Origin: an uncultured bacterium
GTDB taxonomy: Bacteria; Aquificota; Aquificia; Desulfurobacteriales; Desulfurobacteriaceae
DNA length: 46,299 nt
NCBI GenBank assembly: GCA_964594265.1
Contig: CAZQLZ010000011.1
Coordinates: 1 to 46,299 of the forward strand
Direction of reading: 5' to 3'
Part shown: piece by piece, positions 19,507 through 27,956 of the stretch
Layout: each line of letters begins with the position of its first letter
How positions within the stretch are numbered: position 1 is the first letter of the stretch
Translations under genes and position numbers: made by a program
The notes under the pieces: model-generated
Database searches by the model: none
What the model saw: only the letters and a program-made list of their open reading frames with translations
What the model was told of the DNA's origin: nothing

Positions 19507-20553
19507 GTGAAAGAAAGAATAAGAGAACTGGTAGAGGCAATTCATAAACTCGCACCAAAAGAAAGGAAAGTAAAAATTATGAACGTTTGTGGTTCTCACG
19601 AACATACGATAACTGTAAGCGGTATGCGTTCACTCATGCCGGAAAGTATAGAGCTCGTTCCAGGTCCCGGGTGTCCAGTGTGCGTATGTTCTGAAAGCGA
19701 CATCATAAATGCCATCAACCTTTCCAAAAGGGACGACACAATCCTTGTAACCTATGGAGACATGCTAAGAGTTCCTACAAAAATCGGATCTATAAGGAGC
19801 AACGGCGGAAACTACAGGATGATCTCCGCTCCCCACGAAGTTCTAAGGATTGCCAAAGAAAATCCAGACAAAAATGTTGTCTTCTTCTCCATTGGATTTG
19901 AAACTACCACAGCACCAACTGCCGCCCTGATAGAGATGGGACTGCCAAAAAACGTAACCATACTTACCTCCCAGAAACTAACTCCAGAGATAATGGAAAT
20001 CCTGGTAAAGGATTCCGAAGTTGGCGTTGATGCCTTTGTAGCTCCCGGCCATGTATCGGCAATAGTTGGAGCAAACGCCTGGAGAGTATTCCCTGAAAAG
20101 TATGGAATACCTACGGTAGTCGCAGGCTTTGAACCTGACAACCTACTCTTAGCAATTCTCAAAATATTGATCCAGCTCAAAGAAAATAAAGCAGAACTTG
20201 AAAATGTTTATAGGAAAGTAGTTAAACCTGAAGGAAACAGAAAAGCACAGGAACTGATGTATAAGTACTTTGAAAAAGCAGATGTAAACTGGAGAGGAAT
20301 AGGAAGAATTCCAAAGTCCGGCCTTGAGTTGAAGGAAGAATACTCACACATCAATGCAAAGAAGGTATTTAACCTACCGGAGATTGAGGAAGAAAAAGTT
20401 CCTGGCTGTATCTGTGATAAGATAGTTCTTGGGAAAGCTTACCCTAAGGACTGTAAACTTTTTGGAAAATTATGCACGCCATCAAACCCCAAAGGCCCTT
20501 GTATGGTTTCTGCAGAAGGAGCATGCAACATTTGGTATAGATTCAACCAGTAG
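19507..20553 (+). CDS. hypD: Hydrogenase maturation protein HypD
   Basis: MNVCGSH, GPGCPVC, GFETT, PGHVS, WRGIG, C-terminal CxC...C..F...C...P.GPCMVSAEGAC. Confidence 0.97.
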   Translation: MKERIRELVEAIHKLAPKERKVKIMNVCGSHEHTITVSGMRSLMPESIELVPGPGCPVCVCSESDIINAINLSKRDDTILVTYGDMLRVPTKIGSIRSNGGNYRMISAPHEVLRIAKENPDKNVVFFSIGFETTTAPTAALIEMGLPKNVTILTSQKLTPEIMEILVKDSEVGVDAFVAPGHVSAIVGANAWRVFPEKYGIPTVVAGFEPDNLLLAILKILIQLKENKAELENVYRKVVKPEGNRKAQELMYKYFEKADVNWRGIGRIPKSGLELKEEYSHINAKKVFNLPEIEEEKVPGCICDKIVLGKAYPKDCKLFGKLCTPSNPKGPCMVSAEGACNIWYRFNQ

Positions 20554-20577
20554 TATAGGGTATATAGGAGGGATAAG

Positions 20578-22407
20578 ATGTTCAAATTCCTTAGTTTTGG
20601 AGGAAAAAAGAGCGAAAAAAAGCAAGTTGAAAGAGAGACAAAGGAAAGACCACTAAACAAAAGAGCCTTTGACAGATATACTGTAGAAGGGTTAGGAACA
20701 ATAAACAACATTTCAAAAGGTGGCTGTGAATTAAGAAAAGAGAACTACGAGGAAGTGAAGAGTGAATTTTTAGAGGTACAGGTAGGAGAAGAAAAAGTGA
20801 AAGCCATTGTTGTTGAAGACAGAACAAGTTGTGTACACCTGAAATTTGTGGAAGAGTTTAAAAACAAAGAACTCCTGAAAAAGCACGTTAAAAGATTAAA
20901 AGAGTATGAAGAACCCGAAGGAAAGTTGAAGATTGATTTCCAGAGTTTTGAAGAAGGAAGCTCAGAGCTTAAAGTAATCATAAATTTGCTCTCTGAGATT
21001 AACAACCCAAATACAACCACTGAAGGATTAACTAACTATATAGAAAAAATTCCTAAGGTCAAAGAAGCCGTTCTTAGAGTTGCAAACAGCGTAGAATCAG
21101 CAGCCAAAGAAAAGATAACTTCATTAACTACAGCAATAGCAAGGATTGGATTTGAGAGGCTAAAAGAAGTCGTAAGAAACACTATAGTAAGGGAACTTTC
21201 CTTTGAAAACAAAGATCTTCCCAACCTTGAACACTTTGAAGGTTACAGCGTCTTAAAATCAACCTTCCTGACAGAAATACTCCCCTACACTACATTTAGA
21301 GATACAGGAAACGAGGCAAGACTTCTTTTCACGAGCGAAACAACTCCTTTCTCCTTTTTCACAAAACTAAGCAAAGACTTTAAAAGTTACTACACGTCTG
21401 TAAACAGGATTTATTCTCCCTACTCACGCTACTTGGAAAGACTTCACTTTGGAACAGACTTTCTAAAACTTGGAAAGGAATTTATAGTTGAGTATTCAGA
21501 TCTTTTTAAATACCTCTACGATGGTTATATCCTCGCTCATCTATATCTTTATCCTTTCTTAAGTCTTCCTTCAGATCTCAAAATATCCCTCAGCAAAAGG
21601 AAACTTGACTTCAGCTACATTTCTTACCTCACGTTCTTAGTCGTCCTCGCCATCATAGGAAAGGACAGAAAGAGTGCTTACATACTGCTCGGCAGACTTA
21701 AAAGACTTGGAATGAGCACTAACAAAGCTATGGAGTTTCTGTCAACCGTTGTTGATAACGCCAACGATGCCCTTTACCACATGGGACTTAGAAGAAACCT
21801 TAGAATGTTCTCCTATCCGAGCCGTTCAATAAGAGCTCAAAGGATATTCCCCGTAAGGGACAACATCTACTTCAAGTACTTAGTAGAAAGGGGGGCATCT
21901 GCTAAAAATAGGCTCGCCTTAAGACACGAAGACAGAACTTTTACAGGATATATCTTGGACATTATCTTGAACGCAGAAGAGTTTGACTTTAGAAATAAAG
22001 CCTTCTGTATAGTTCCCTGTGAGAACCTCAGCGATTCAGAAATTGACCCTGAAGACTTTTCCAGCTTTGATATCATCGCCTTCAGAAACATTGACCTTTT
22101 ACAGAAAGAACTTATAAAAGACTTTAAAAAAATCTGGAAAAACTTTGAAGGCACAGTTATTTGCACATACTCTACCTACTCCTTCTTGGACTGGGAAAAT
22201 CCTGAACTCCACAAAATCATAAGGGAATACGTAGTAGACATACCTTCCTTTCTCTACGAGACTAAAAGTTATGAATTTATGATTGAAAGAACAAAAAACG
22301 AGTTGGAAGAGCTCTTAGGAAGGGACTCTTTTGATAAGAGTTTAATCTTTGCTAATGAAACTATGGAAAGCGTAATCTATTCTTACCTCAAAACCTTTAA
22401 ATTTTAA
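20578..22407 (+). CDS. PilZ + HDOD domain signalling protein with a degenerate AAA+-like C-terminus
   Basis: RAFDR and NISKGG (PilZ RxxxR and D/NxSxxG); VLRVANS...ITSLTTAIARIG (HDOD N-terminal helices). The C-terminal assignment is weak. Confidence 0.65.
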   Translation: MFKFLSFGGKKSEKKQVERETKERPLNKRAFDRYTVEGLGTINNISKGGCELRKENYEEVKSEFLEVQVGEEKVKAIVVEDRTSCVHLKFVEEFKNKELLKKHVKRLKEYEEPEGKLKIDFQSFEEGSSELKVIINLLSEINNPNTTTEGLTNYIEKIPKVKEAVLRVANSVESAAKEKITSLTTAIARIGFERLKEVVRNTIVRELSFENKDLPNLEHFEGYSVLKSTFLTEILPYTTFRDTGNEARLLFTSETTPFSFFTKLSKDFKSYYTSVNRIYSPYSRYLERLHFGTDFLKLGKEFIVEYSDLFKYLYDGYILAHLYLYPFLSLPSDLKISLSKRKLDFSYISYLTFLVVLAIIGKDRKSAYILLGRLKRLGMSTNKAMEFLSTVVDNANDALYHMGLRRNLRMFSYPSRSIRAQRIFPVRDNIYFKYLVERGASAKNRLALRHEDRTFTGYILDIILNAEEFDFRNKAFCIVPCENLSDSEIDPEDFSSFDIIAFRNIDLLQKELIKDFKKIWKNFEGTVICTYSTYSFLDWENPELHKIIREYVVDIPSFLYETKSYEFMIERTKNELEELLGRDSFDKSLIFANETMESVIYSYLKTFKF

Positions 22408-22425
22408 ATCCACCGGAGGTCTCAG

Positions 22426-22773
22426 ATGAGAATAGCCATGCCCATAGATGAAAAGGGCAACATAGTAAGTATGTTCGGTTCTGCCCCTGCCTTTTTGATA
22501 GTTGATACAAGAAACAATAAAAAAGAGATAGTTCTTAACCTTAACAGCTGTGGTGGATGTAGCGTTGGATGTAGTGGAGGAAAAAGTCCCGCAGATCTTT
22601 TAGCCGAAAACAACGTTGATGTCTTATTAATAGAGAAACTTCCTAAGGAACCTTTCATGAAGTTGGCAAGAAGAGGAATAGAGGTTTACCAACTTCCAGC
22701 AGAGGTTAAAACTACCGACGAAGCGGTAGAGCTCTTTAGAAAAAAAGAGTTAAGAACTATTTATCTTGAGTGA
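22426..22773 (+). CDS. NifB/NifX-family (RNase H-like fold) metal-cluster-binding protein
   Basis: MRIAMP, FGSAPAFLIVD, L...NVDVL, GIEVY; Cys-rich loop SCGGCSVGC. Confidence 0.8.
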   Translation: MRIAMPIDEKGNIVSMFGSAPAFLIVDTRNNKKEIVLNLNSCGGCSVGCSGGKSPADLLAENNVDVLLIEKLPKEPFMKLARRGIEVYQLPAEVKTTDEAVELFRKKELRTIYLE

Positions 22774-22774
22774 A

Positions 22775-25300
22775 TCAGAAAGGAAAACCAAAGGATATAT
22801 GAAGTCTACCGGGACCTTGGTGGGGAAGTTTCTTAAGTTTATAGCCATAGTCAAAACGCAAAGGTCCCACAGGAGTTAAATATCTAAAACCCACACCGAC
22901 AGAAGAATACCAGTCCGAGAGGTTAATGTTAAAATCTTTGAAGTTTTCAAAAACATTTCCTGCATCGTAGAAAAGAGCTAACTGTAAGCTTCCCTTAAAG
23001 AGATAGCGGATTTCAAGACTCAAGAGTCCGTAAGCTTCTCCACCTACAAAGTTTCCCTTTTCGTCAACTGGGGATATGGTCTCGTACTTATATCCTCTAA
23101 CACTTTCAGCTCCTCCAAGGTAAAATTTGTCCTGAATTGGGACAAAGCCCCCTCCAACCGGTTGAATCAAACCGATACCCCCTCTTAAGGCAAAGGTAAG
23201 ACTCTCAAAAGGAGAAAAAAGGTAAAGGAACTTAAAGTCCTCTTGGCAGTATCCCGCATCTCCTCCCAAAAAGCTACCACTAAAAGAGAGTTTTAACCGT
23301 GAAAGAAAACCTTCTGACGGATTGACGACGCTGTTTCTTCTATCGTAGGTTTGAAGGTAAAAAAGAGTCCTTTTAAGAAACTTCCTTTCCGTGCTTATAG
23401 TAGTATCTCTTACTTCTTCCCTCGCTATTTCTACTCCGAAGGTTTGAGTAAAAACGCGAGAAGCTCTGCGGGAAAGAGAAAACCTATAAAGAATTCTATC
23501 TGCAATAAAGCTCTGGAAAATCTGCTCTTTTTTAATAACCGAGTAAGAAGTCTCATACCTTTTAAACGGAAAAGCGGGTTTGCTTAACTTAAAAACTGCG
23601 TCATAACCTTCTTTCTGCCTGTAATTACCAAAAAGGAAGTATCTAACACCAATTCCCATAGGAGAAGTAGAGGAAAGAAAACCATTTAAGATATAGCCTG
23701 AATCTGTACTTAAGCCTATGAAACCCTTAAGGTGCAACCTACTTCCTTCTTTAAGCTTTACTATCTCGTTAATGCATCCATCTACCTTAAAGTCGTCAAT
23801 AGTTACAGAAGAAAAAAGCCTGCTACCTACAAGACGGGAATATTGACTAACAACCTCCTCCCTTGAGTAGATCCGACCTGGAGAAAGAGTAAACAGGTTC
23901 TTTACCCATTTAAGTTTTGTTCTTTCAAGTCCCGAAACAAGAACAAAACCAAATCGGTAAAGTTTACCCGGATATATTGCCACATTAAGAGTTACAGCTT
24001 TTTCTTCTCCTAAGTCTTCGTAAGTTTCAAAAGTATCAACTTTAACATCAGGATATCCCTTTTTAGCATAACACTCTATCAGGTTACCTCTTAGATTCTC
24101 CAGTCTTTTTGTTGAAAATGGAAAAGGAAGTTTCAATCTCTGTTTTTCAAAACATGCTTCTAAATCACCTGTAACTTTTATGGCTGTAACTATGTATCTC
24201 TTCCCTCTCTTAATCCGAAACTCCAAAGTTCCGTCAAATAGCTTGTATGAAACTTCCGCATCCCTGTAACCGTTCTCAAAAAGCTTTCTCTTTAAGTAAA
24301 GCCTAAGCTTTTCTATCTTTTCTTCAGAAAAAGGAGCATTCACAATATCAGAAAACTTTCTCGGTAATTGGAAGCCATCAGGAAGGAGGAGCTCCCTAAT
24401 TATCACCTTTTTACCTTCTCTAATCAAAAAGACCACATCGACCAAACCATCTTTCTCCTTTATTTGAACAGTTACTTTCACATATGGAAATCCTCTATCC
24501 TTGTAAAACTTCTCTATGTTTTTTCGCGAGTTTTCAAGTTCAAATTCGTCAACTGAACGGGCAACCCGAAAAGTAAGAAGGGAAGAAAGCTCTTTACTTG
24601 AAAAATGACTATTGCCAATAAACTTAAAGGAATATTTCTTCCCCGGCTTAACACTCACAGAAAGAATAACAGGCATCCTGTTCTTTAAAAGATTCCTCCT
24701 TTTTGCAGGATGAAAAGAGTAGTCAACCGAAACGTTGTAAAATCCCCTTTCAAAGAAAAAGTTTTCTACCTTTTCAACTACAGATTTAATTTTGTTAAGA
24801 TTCAAAGGTTCCCCTTTAAGTGATGAAAAACTCCTCAAAAGAAAAGAACGGAACTTCTTGGGAGAAACAATTTCTAACTTTTCAACGTAAAAGAGAGAAC
24901 CCGGACTAACGTTCACAACAAGCTTATAGCAGTCAGGAAGTCCAAGACGCTCAAAACGAACCTTAGCTTCCCTGTAGCCAGCAGAACGAAGCTTTAGGAG
25001 GAGAAGCTGTTTAACATTCTCTAAGGACTCAGGAGTTAATCTTTTTTCTTTGAGGAGGAGCTCCACTGTTTTTTTTACTTCCACAAGCTCAGGAGGTAAC
25101 CCCTTAAACTCCACACTTTTGACAAGACTACAACTTTTAACAACTATTCTATTTCCTTTTACCTCTGCATCATACCCAAGACGGTAAAGGAGAGAAGAAG
25201 TAACAGAAATACAGTCGGTAAACTGACAAACTCGTGGAAGCTGAGCATTTATCTGTCTAAGGAGCTCTCTATCAAAGAATACACCCCTGTCAACTTCCAC
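22775..25300 (-). CDS. Omp85-family (BamA/TamA-like) outer membrane protein; true start probably upstream of 25300
   Basis: Repeated POTRA-like units (FYKDRGFPYVKV, YAKKGYPDVKV); barrel motifs GGAESVRGY, FYDAGNV, GVGFRYLTPVGPLRFDYG; C-terminal Phe. Confidence 0.88.
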   Translation of the reverse strand: MEVDRGVFFDRELLRQINAQLPRVCQFTDCISVTSSLLYRLGYDAEVKGNRIVVKSCSLVKSVEFKGLPPELVEVKKTVELLLKEKRLTPESLENVKQLLLLKLRSAGYREAKVRFERLGLPDCYKLVVNVSPGSLFYVEKLEIVSPKKFRSFLLRSFSSLKGEPLNLNKIKSVVEKVENFFFERGFYNVSVDYSFHPAKRRNLLKNRMPVILSVSVKPGKKYSFKFIGNSHFSSKELSSLLTFRVARSVDEFELENSRKNIEKFYKDRGFPYVKVTVQIKEKDGLVDVVFLIREGKKVIIRELLLPDGFQLPRKFSDIVNAPFSEEKIEKLRLYLKRKLFENGYRDAEVSYKLFDGTLEFRIKRGKRYIVTAIKVTGDLEACFEKQRLKLPFPFSTKRLENLRGNLIECYAKKGYPDVKVDTFETYEDLGEEKAVTLNVAIYPGKLYRFGFVLVSGLERTKLKWVKNLFTLSPGRIYSREEVVSQYSRLVGSRLFSSVTIDDFKVDGCINEIVKLKEGSRLHLKGFIGLSTDSGYILNGFLSSTSPMGIGVRYFLFGNYRQKEGYDAVFKLSKPAFPFKRYETSYSVIKKEQIFQSFIADRILYRFSLSRRASRVFTQTFGVEIAREEVRDTTISTERKFLKRTLFYLQTYDRRNSVVNPSEGFLSRLKLSFSGSFLGGDAGYCQEDFKFLYLFSPFESLTFALRGGIGLIQPVGGGFVPIQDKFYLGGAESVRGYKYETISPVDEKGNFVGGEAYGLLSLEIRYLFKGSLQLALFYDAGNVFENFKDFNINLSDWYSSVGVGFRYLTPVGPLRFDYGYKLKKLPHQGPGRLHISFGFPF

Positions 25301-25347
25301 AGTAACCGCAAGTACCTGTAAAGGTAAAAGCAGAAAGAGGAAAAAGA

Positions 25348-26271
25348 TTAAACAACTCCCTTTACGTATGGCATCCCCCCAAAGAAAATCTCTCTGACTC
25401 TACCTTCCTCTATAAGGAGAGAAACCGCTCTTTTAACCTCTCCTTCGGAAACACCCAAAGCAGAAGCTATCTCGTCAATCGGACAGGGTCTCCTGACAAC
25501 AATGCCGTACACTTCGTTTTTAAGCTCAAGAGTTCCCATCTTCCTCTTTTCCCTTTTGAAGCCTGCCACGATTTCCGTCTTGGGATATCCTACCCTCTCT
25601 TTTATTCTCTCAAGCTCTGAAAGTGTAAGTCCTTTAACGTCATAAGCAGGAGGCCTAACAACGGTATTAAGCTGCCACTTGTGAGGTTTTAAACGGTGAA
25701 TTATCTCTCCTATTCTCTCTACCTCTTCCAAACTATCATTAATATTCTTAACAAAAAGGGTTTCCACCCAAACCTCACAAGGTGTTTCCTTAATAAGCCT
25801 CTCTATACCTTCTACTATTTTCTCCACACTAAGCCCTTTAACTGGTCTGTTAATCTTCTCAAAAATGGACTGAGTTGCTGCATCAAGAGACGGAAGTACA
25901 ACATCTATTTTTTTTACATCTTCAAGGACATCGTCCCTATAAAGGAGAGAAGAATTTGTTAAAAGAGCCAATCTGTAAGGGTAACTCCCTTTAAGGAAAT
26001 CAACAAGCTCGCCTAACCTTAAGTAAAGTGTAGGTTCACCGTAGCCGGAAAAAGTTACAAAGTCTACATCGGGTAAAGTACTTAAAAATTCTTCAAGTTC
26101 TGATTTAACAGAATCAAAGGGAACGTATTCAAGTCTTGACAGCGTCTTTCTGCTTGTTTTTCCTACTTCACAGTAAAGACAATCCATACTGCACACCTTG
26201 TAAGGAACAAGGTCAACTCCCAAAGAAAATCCAAGACGGCGGGAAAAAACGGGTCCGAAAACATACTTCAT
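25348..26271 (-). CDS. Radical SAM protein (COG0731-like) with a short C-terminal HTH-like domain
   Basis: FGPV.SRRLG.SLGVD, CSMDCLYC, TFSG.GEPTL, LLTNSSL, SLDA. ATG at 26271 follows GGAGG. Confidence 0.88.
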   Translation of the reverse strand: MKYVFGPVFSRRLGFSLGVDLVPYKVCSMDCLYCEVGKTSRKTLSRLEYVPFDSVKSELEEFLSTLPDVDFVTFSGYGEPTLYLRLGELVDFLKGSYPYRLALLTNSSLLYRDDVLEDVKKIDVVLPSLDAATQSIFEKINRPVKGLSVEKIVEGIERLIKETPCEVWVETLFVKNINDSLEEVERIGEIIHRLKPHKWQLNTVVRPPAYDVKGLTLSELERIKERVGYPKTEIVAGFKREKRKMGTLELKNEVYGIVVRRPCPIDEIASALGVSEGEVKRAVSLLIEEGRVREIFFGGMPYVKGVV

Positions 26272-26343
26272 TATTCCTCCCAACAATAGGTAAAATATCT
26301 ACTCAGAAAATTTATACGAAAACTTGGAAATAGAGAGGGAAAA

Positions 26344-27861
26344 ATGAACGGAGCTCCAGAAATCAGGGAACAATGGAGCACAAAACTTGGGCTCATCCTT
26401 GCAATGGCCGGAAACGCAGTAGGACTTGGAAACTTTTTAAGGTTCCCAACCCAAGCTGCCGAAAACGGCGGCGGAGCCTTCATGATTCCTTACATGATAG
26501 CAATGCTCATTATAGCGATACCTTTAATGTGGACTGAGTGGGCAATAGGAAGATATGGAGGAGCGAGAAACCACGGAACAACTCCCGCAATATTTAAGCT
26601 CCTCTGGAGACATCCTATAGCCAAATATCTCGGTGTCCTTGGACTCTTTGTACCCTTTGTAGTTCTCTGCTACTACATTTACATAGAATCCTGGACTCTT
26701 GGTTACGCTCTCTTTTCCCTTTTTGGAATGCTTCCCCATCCAGACCCAAGCCTCCCACAGGATCAGTACTTAAAGCCTTTTGCCGATTTCCTCCAAAACT
26801 ACACCAAGCCATCTTTAACCGCCTATTTCTTCTTTCTTGCAACCGTAGCCTTTAATGCCTACATCCTCTACAAGGGGATAAGCGGAGGAATTGAAAAGTT
26901 TGCGAAAATAGCAATGCCTACTCTCTTCCTGTTAGCCTTCATCCTAATGGTCAGAGTGATTCTCATAGAGACGCCCAACGGAACTGCAGTTCAAGGGCTG
27001 GATTTCTTATGGCATCCAGATCTTTCACAGCTTCTAAACCCACAGGTCTGGCTTGCCGCCGCAGGTCAGGTTTTCTTCACTTTAAGCCTCGGATTTGGAG
27101 CGATAATCACCTACGCTTCCTACATTAGGAAGGACGACGACATCGTTGCTTCTGGCCTCTCTGCGGCCTCTCTCAACGAGCTCGCAGAGGTTATCTTAGG
27201 GGGATCAATTGCTATTCCTGCAGCCGTTGCCTTCTTTGGACTTATAAATGCTGAAGCCGTAGCAAAGAGTGGGGCCTTCAATCTCGCTTTCGTAAGTCTT
27301 CCAGCCATTTTCTCAAACCTTACAGGCGGAAATGTGATAGGATTCCTATGGTTCTTCCTCCTCTTCTTTGCAGGAGCCACCTCCTCTGTTGCCATCAGCG
27401 TCCCAATAATAGCCTTCCTGCAGGACGAATTTAACCTCAACAGGAAGACTGCTGTCACGGCAACGTTAATCTTTATGTTTCTCGTTTCTCAAGTACCCAT
27501 ATTTCTACCGGATGCTCTAAATGAGATGGATTTTTGGGCTGGAACGTTCTTTGTAGTTCTCTTCGCACTCCTTGAAGTTGTTGTCTTTTTCTGGCTCTTT
27601 GGAGGTGAAAGGGCTTGGGAGGAAATAAACAGGGGAGGCCTCTTTAAAGTTCCAAGGGTTTACTTCTACATCTTAAAGTATGTAACACCGGTTGCCCTCT
27701 TTGCAATCCTCACCACTTGGAGCTTTCATAACTTGCCTAAGGCCTTTGTAGAGACCAACTTAGAAATCTGGATAGCAAGGTTTGTAATGGTCTTTACCCT
27801 TGCCCTTCTCCTCTTTATGGTTTACCTTGCAGACAAGAAAAAAAGTGAGGAGATGAAATGA
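26344..27861 (+). CDS. Neurotransmitter:sodium symporter (NSS) family amino acid transporter, LeuT-like
   Basis: [74 protein letters not shown]; closely matches Aquifex LeuT as I recall it. Confidence 0.95.
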   Translation: MNGAPEIREQWSTKLGLILAMAGNAVGLGNFLRFPTQAAENGGGAFMIPYMIAMLIIAIPLMWTEWAIGRYGGARNHGTTPAIFKLLWRHPIAKYLGVLGLFVPFVVLCYYIYIESWTLGYALFSLFGMLPHPDPSLPQDQYLKPFADFLQNYTKPSLTAYFFFLATVAFNAYILYKGISGGIEKFAKIAMPTLFLLAFILMVRVILIETPNGTAVQGLDFLWHPDLSQLLNPQVWLAAAGQVFFTLSLGFGAIITYASYIRKDDDIVASGLSAASLNELAEVILGGSIAIPAAVAFFGLINAEAVAKSGAFNLAFVSLPAIFSNLTGGNVIGFLWFFLLFFAGATSSVAISVPIIAFLQDEFNLNRKTAVTATLIFMFLVSQVPIFLPDALNEMDFWAGTFFVVLFALLEVVVFFWLFGGERAWEEINRGGLFKVPRVYFYILKYVTPVALFAILTTWSFHNLPKAFVETNLEIWIARFVMVFTLALLLFMVYLADKKKSEEMK

Positions 27862-27956
27862 CAGGGAGCTCCCTCTTATTCATGATCTTTTCTTGGATGG
27901 TTGTTTTTGGATTCGTTGTCTTTTGCTTTACGGTTATACTGAGAGAGGAGAAATGA
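27858..27956 (+). CDS. 32-aa single-TM protein, candidate NSS transporter small subunit (MetS-like)
   Basis: Not in the track. [32 protein letters not shown]; ATGA overlaps with the NSS stop (27858-27861) and with the next start (27953-27956); GAGGAG upstream. Confidence 0.72.
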   Translation: MTGSSLLFMIFSWMVVFGFVVFCFTVILREEK

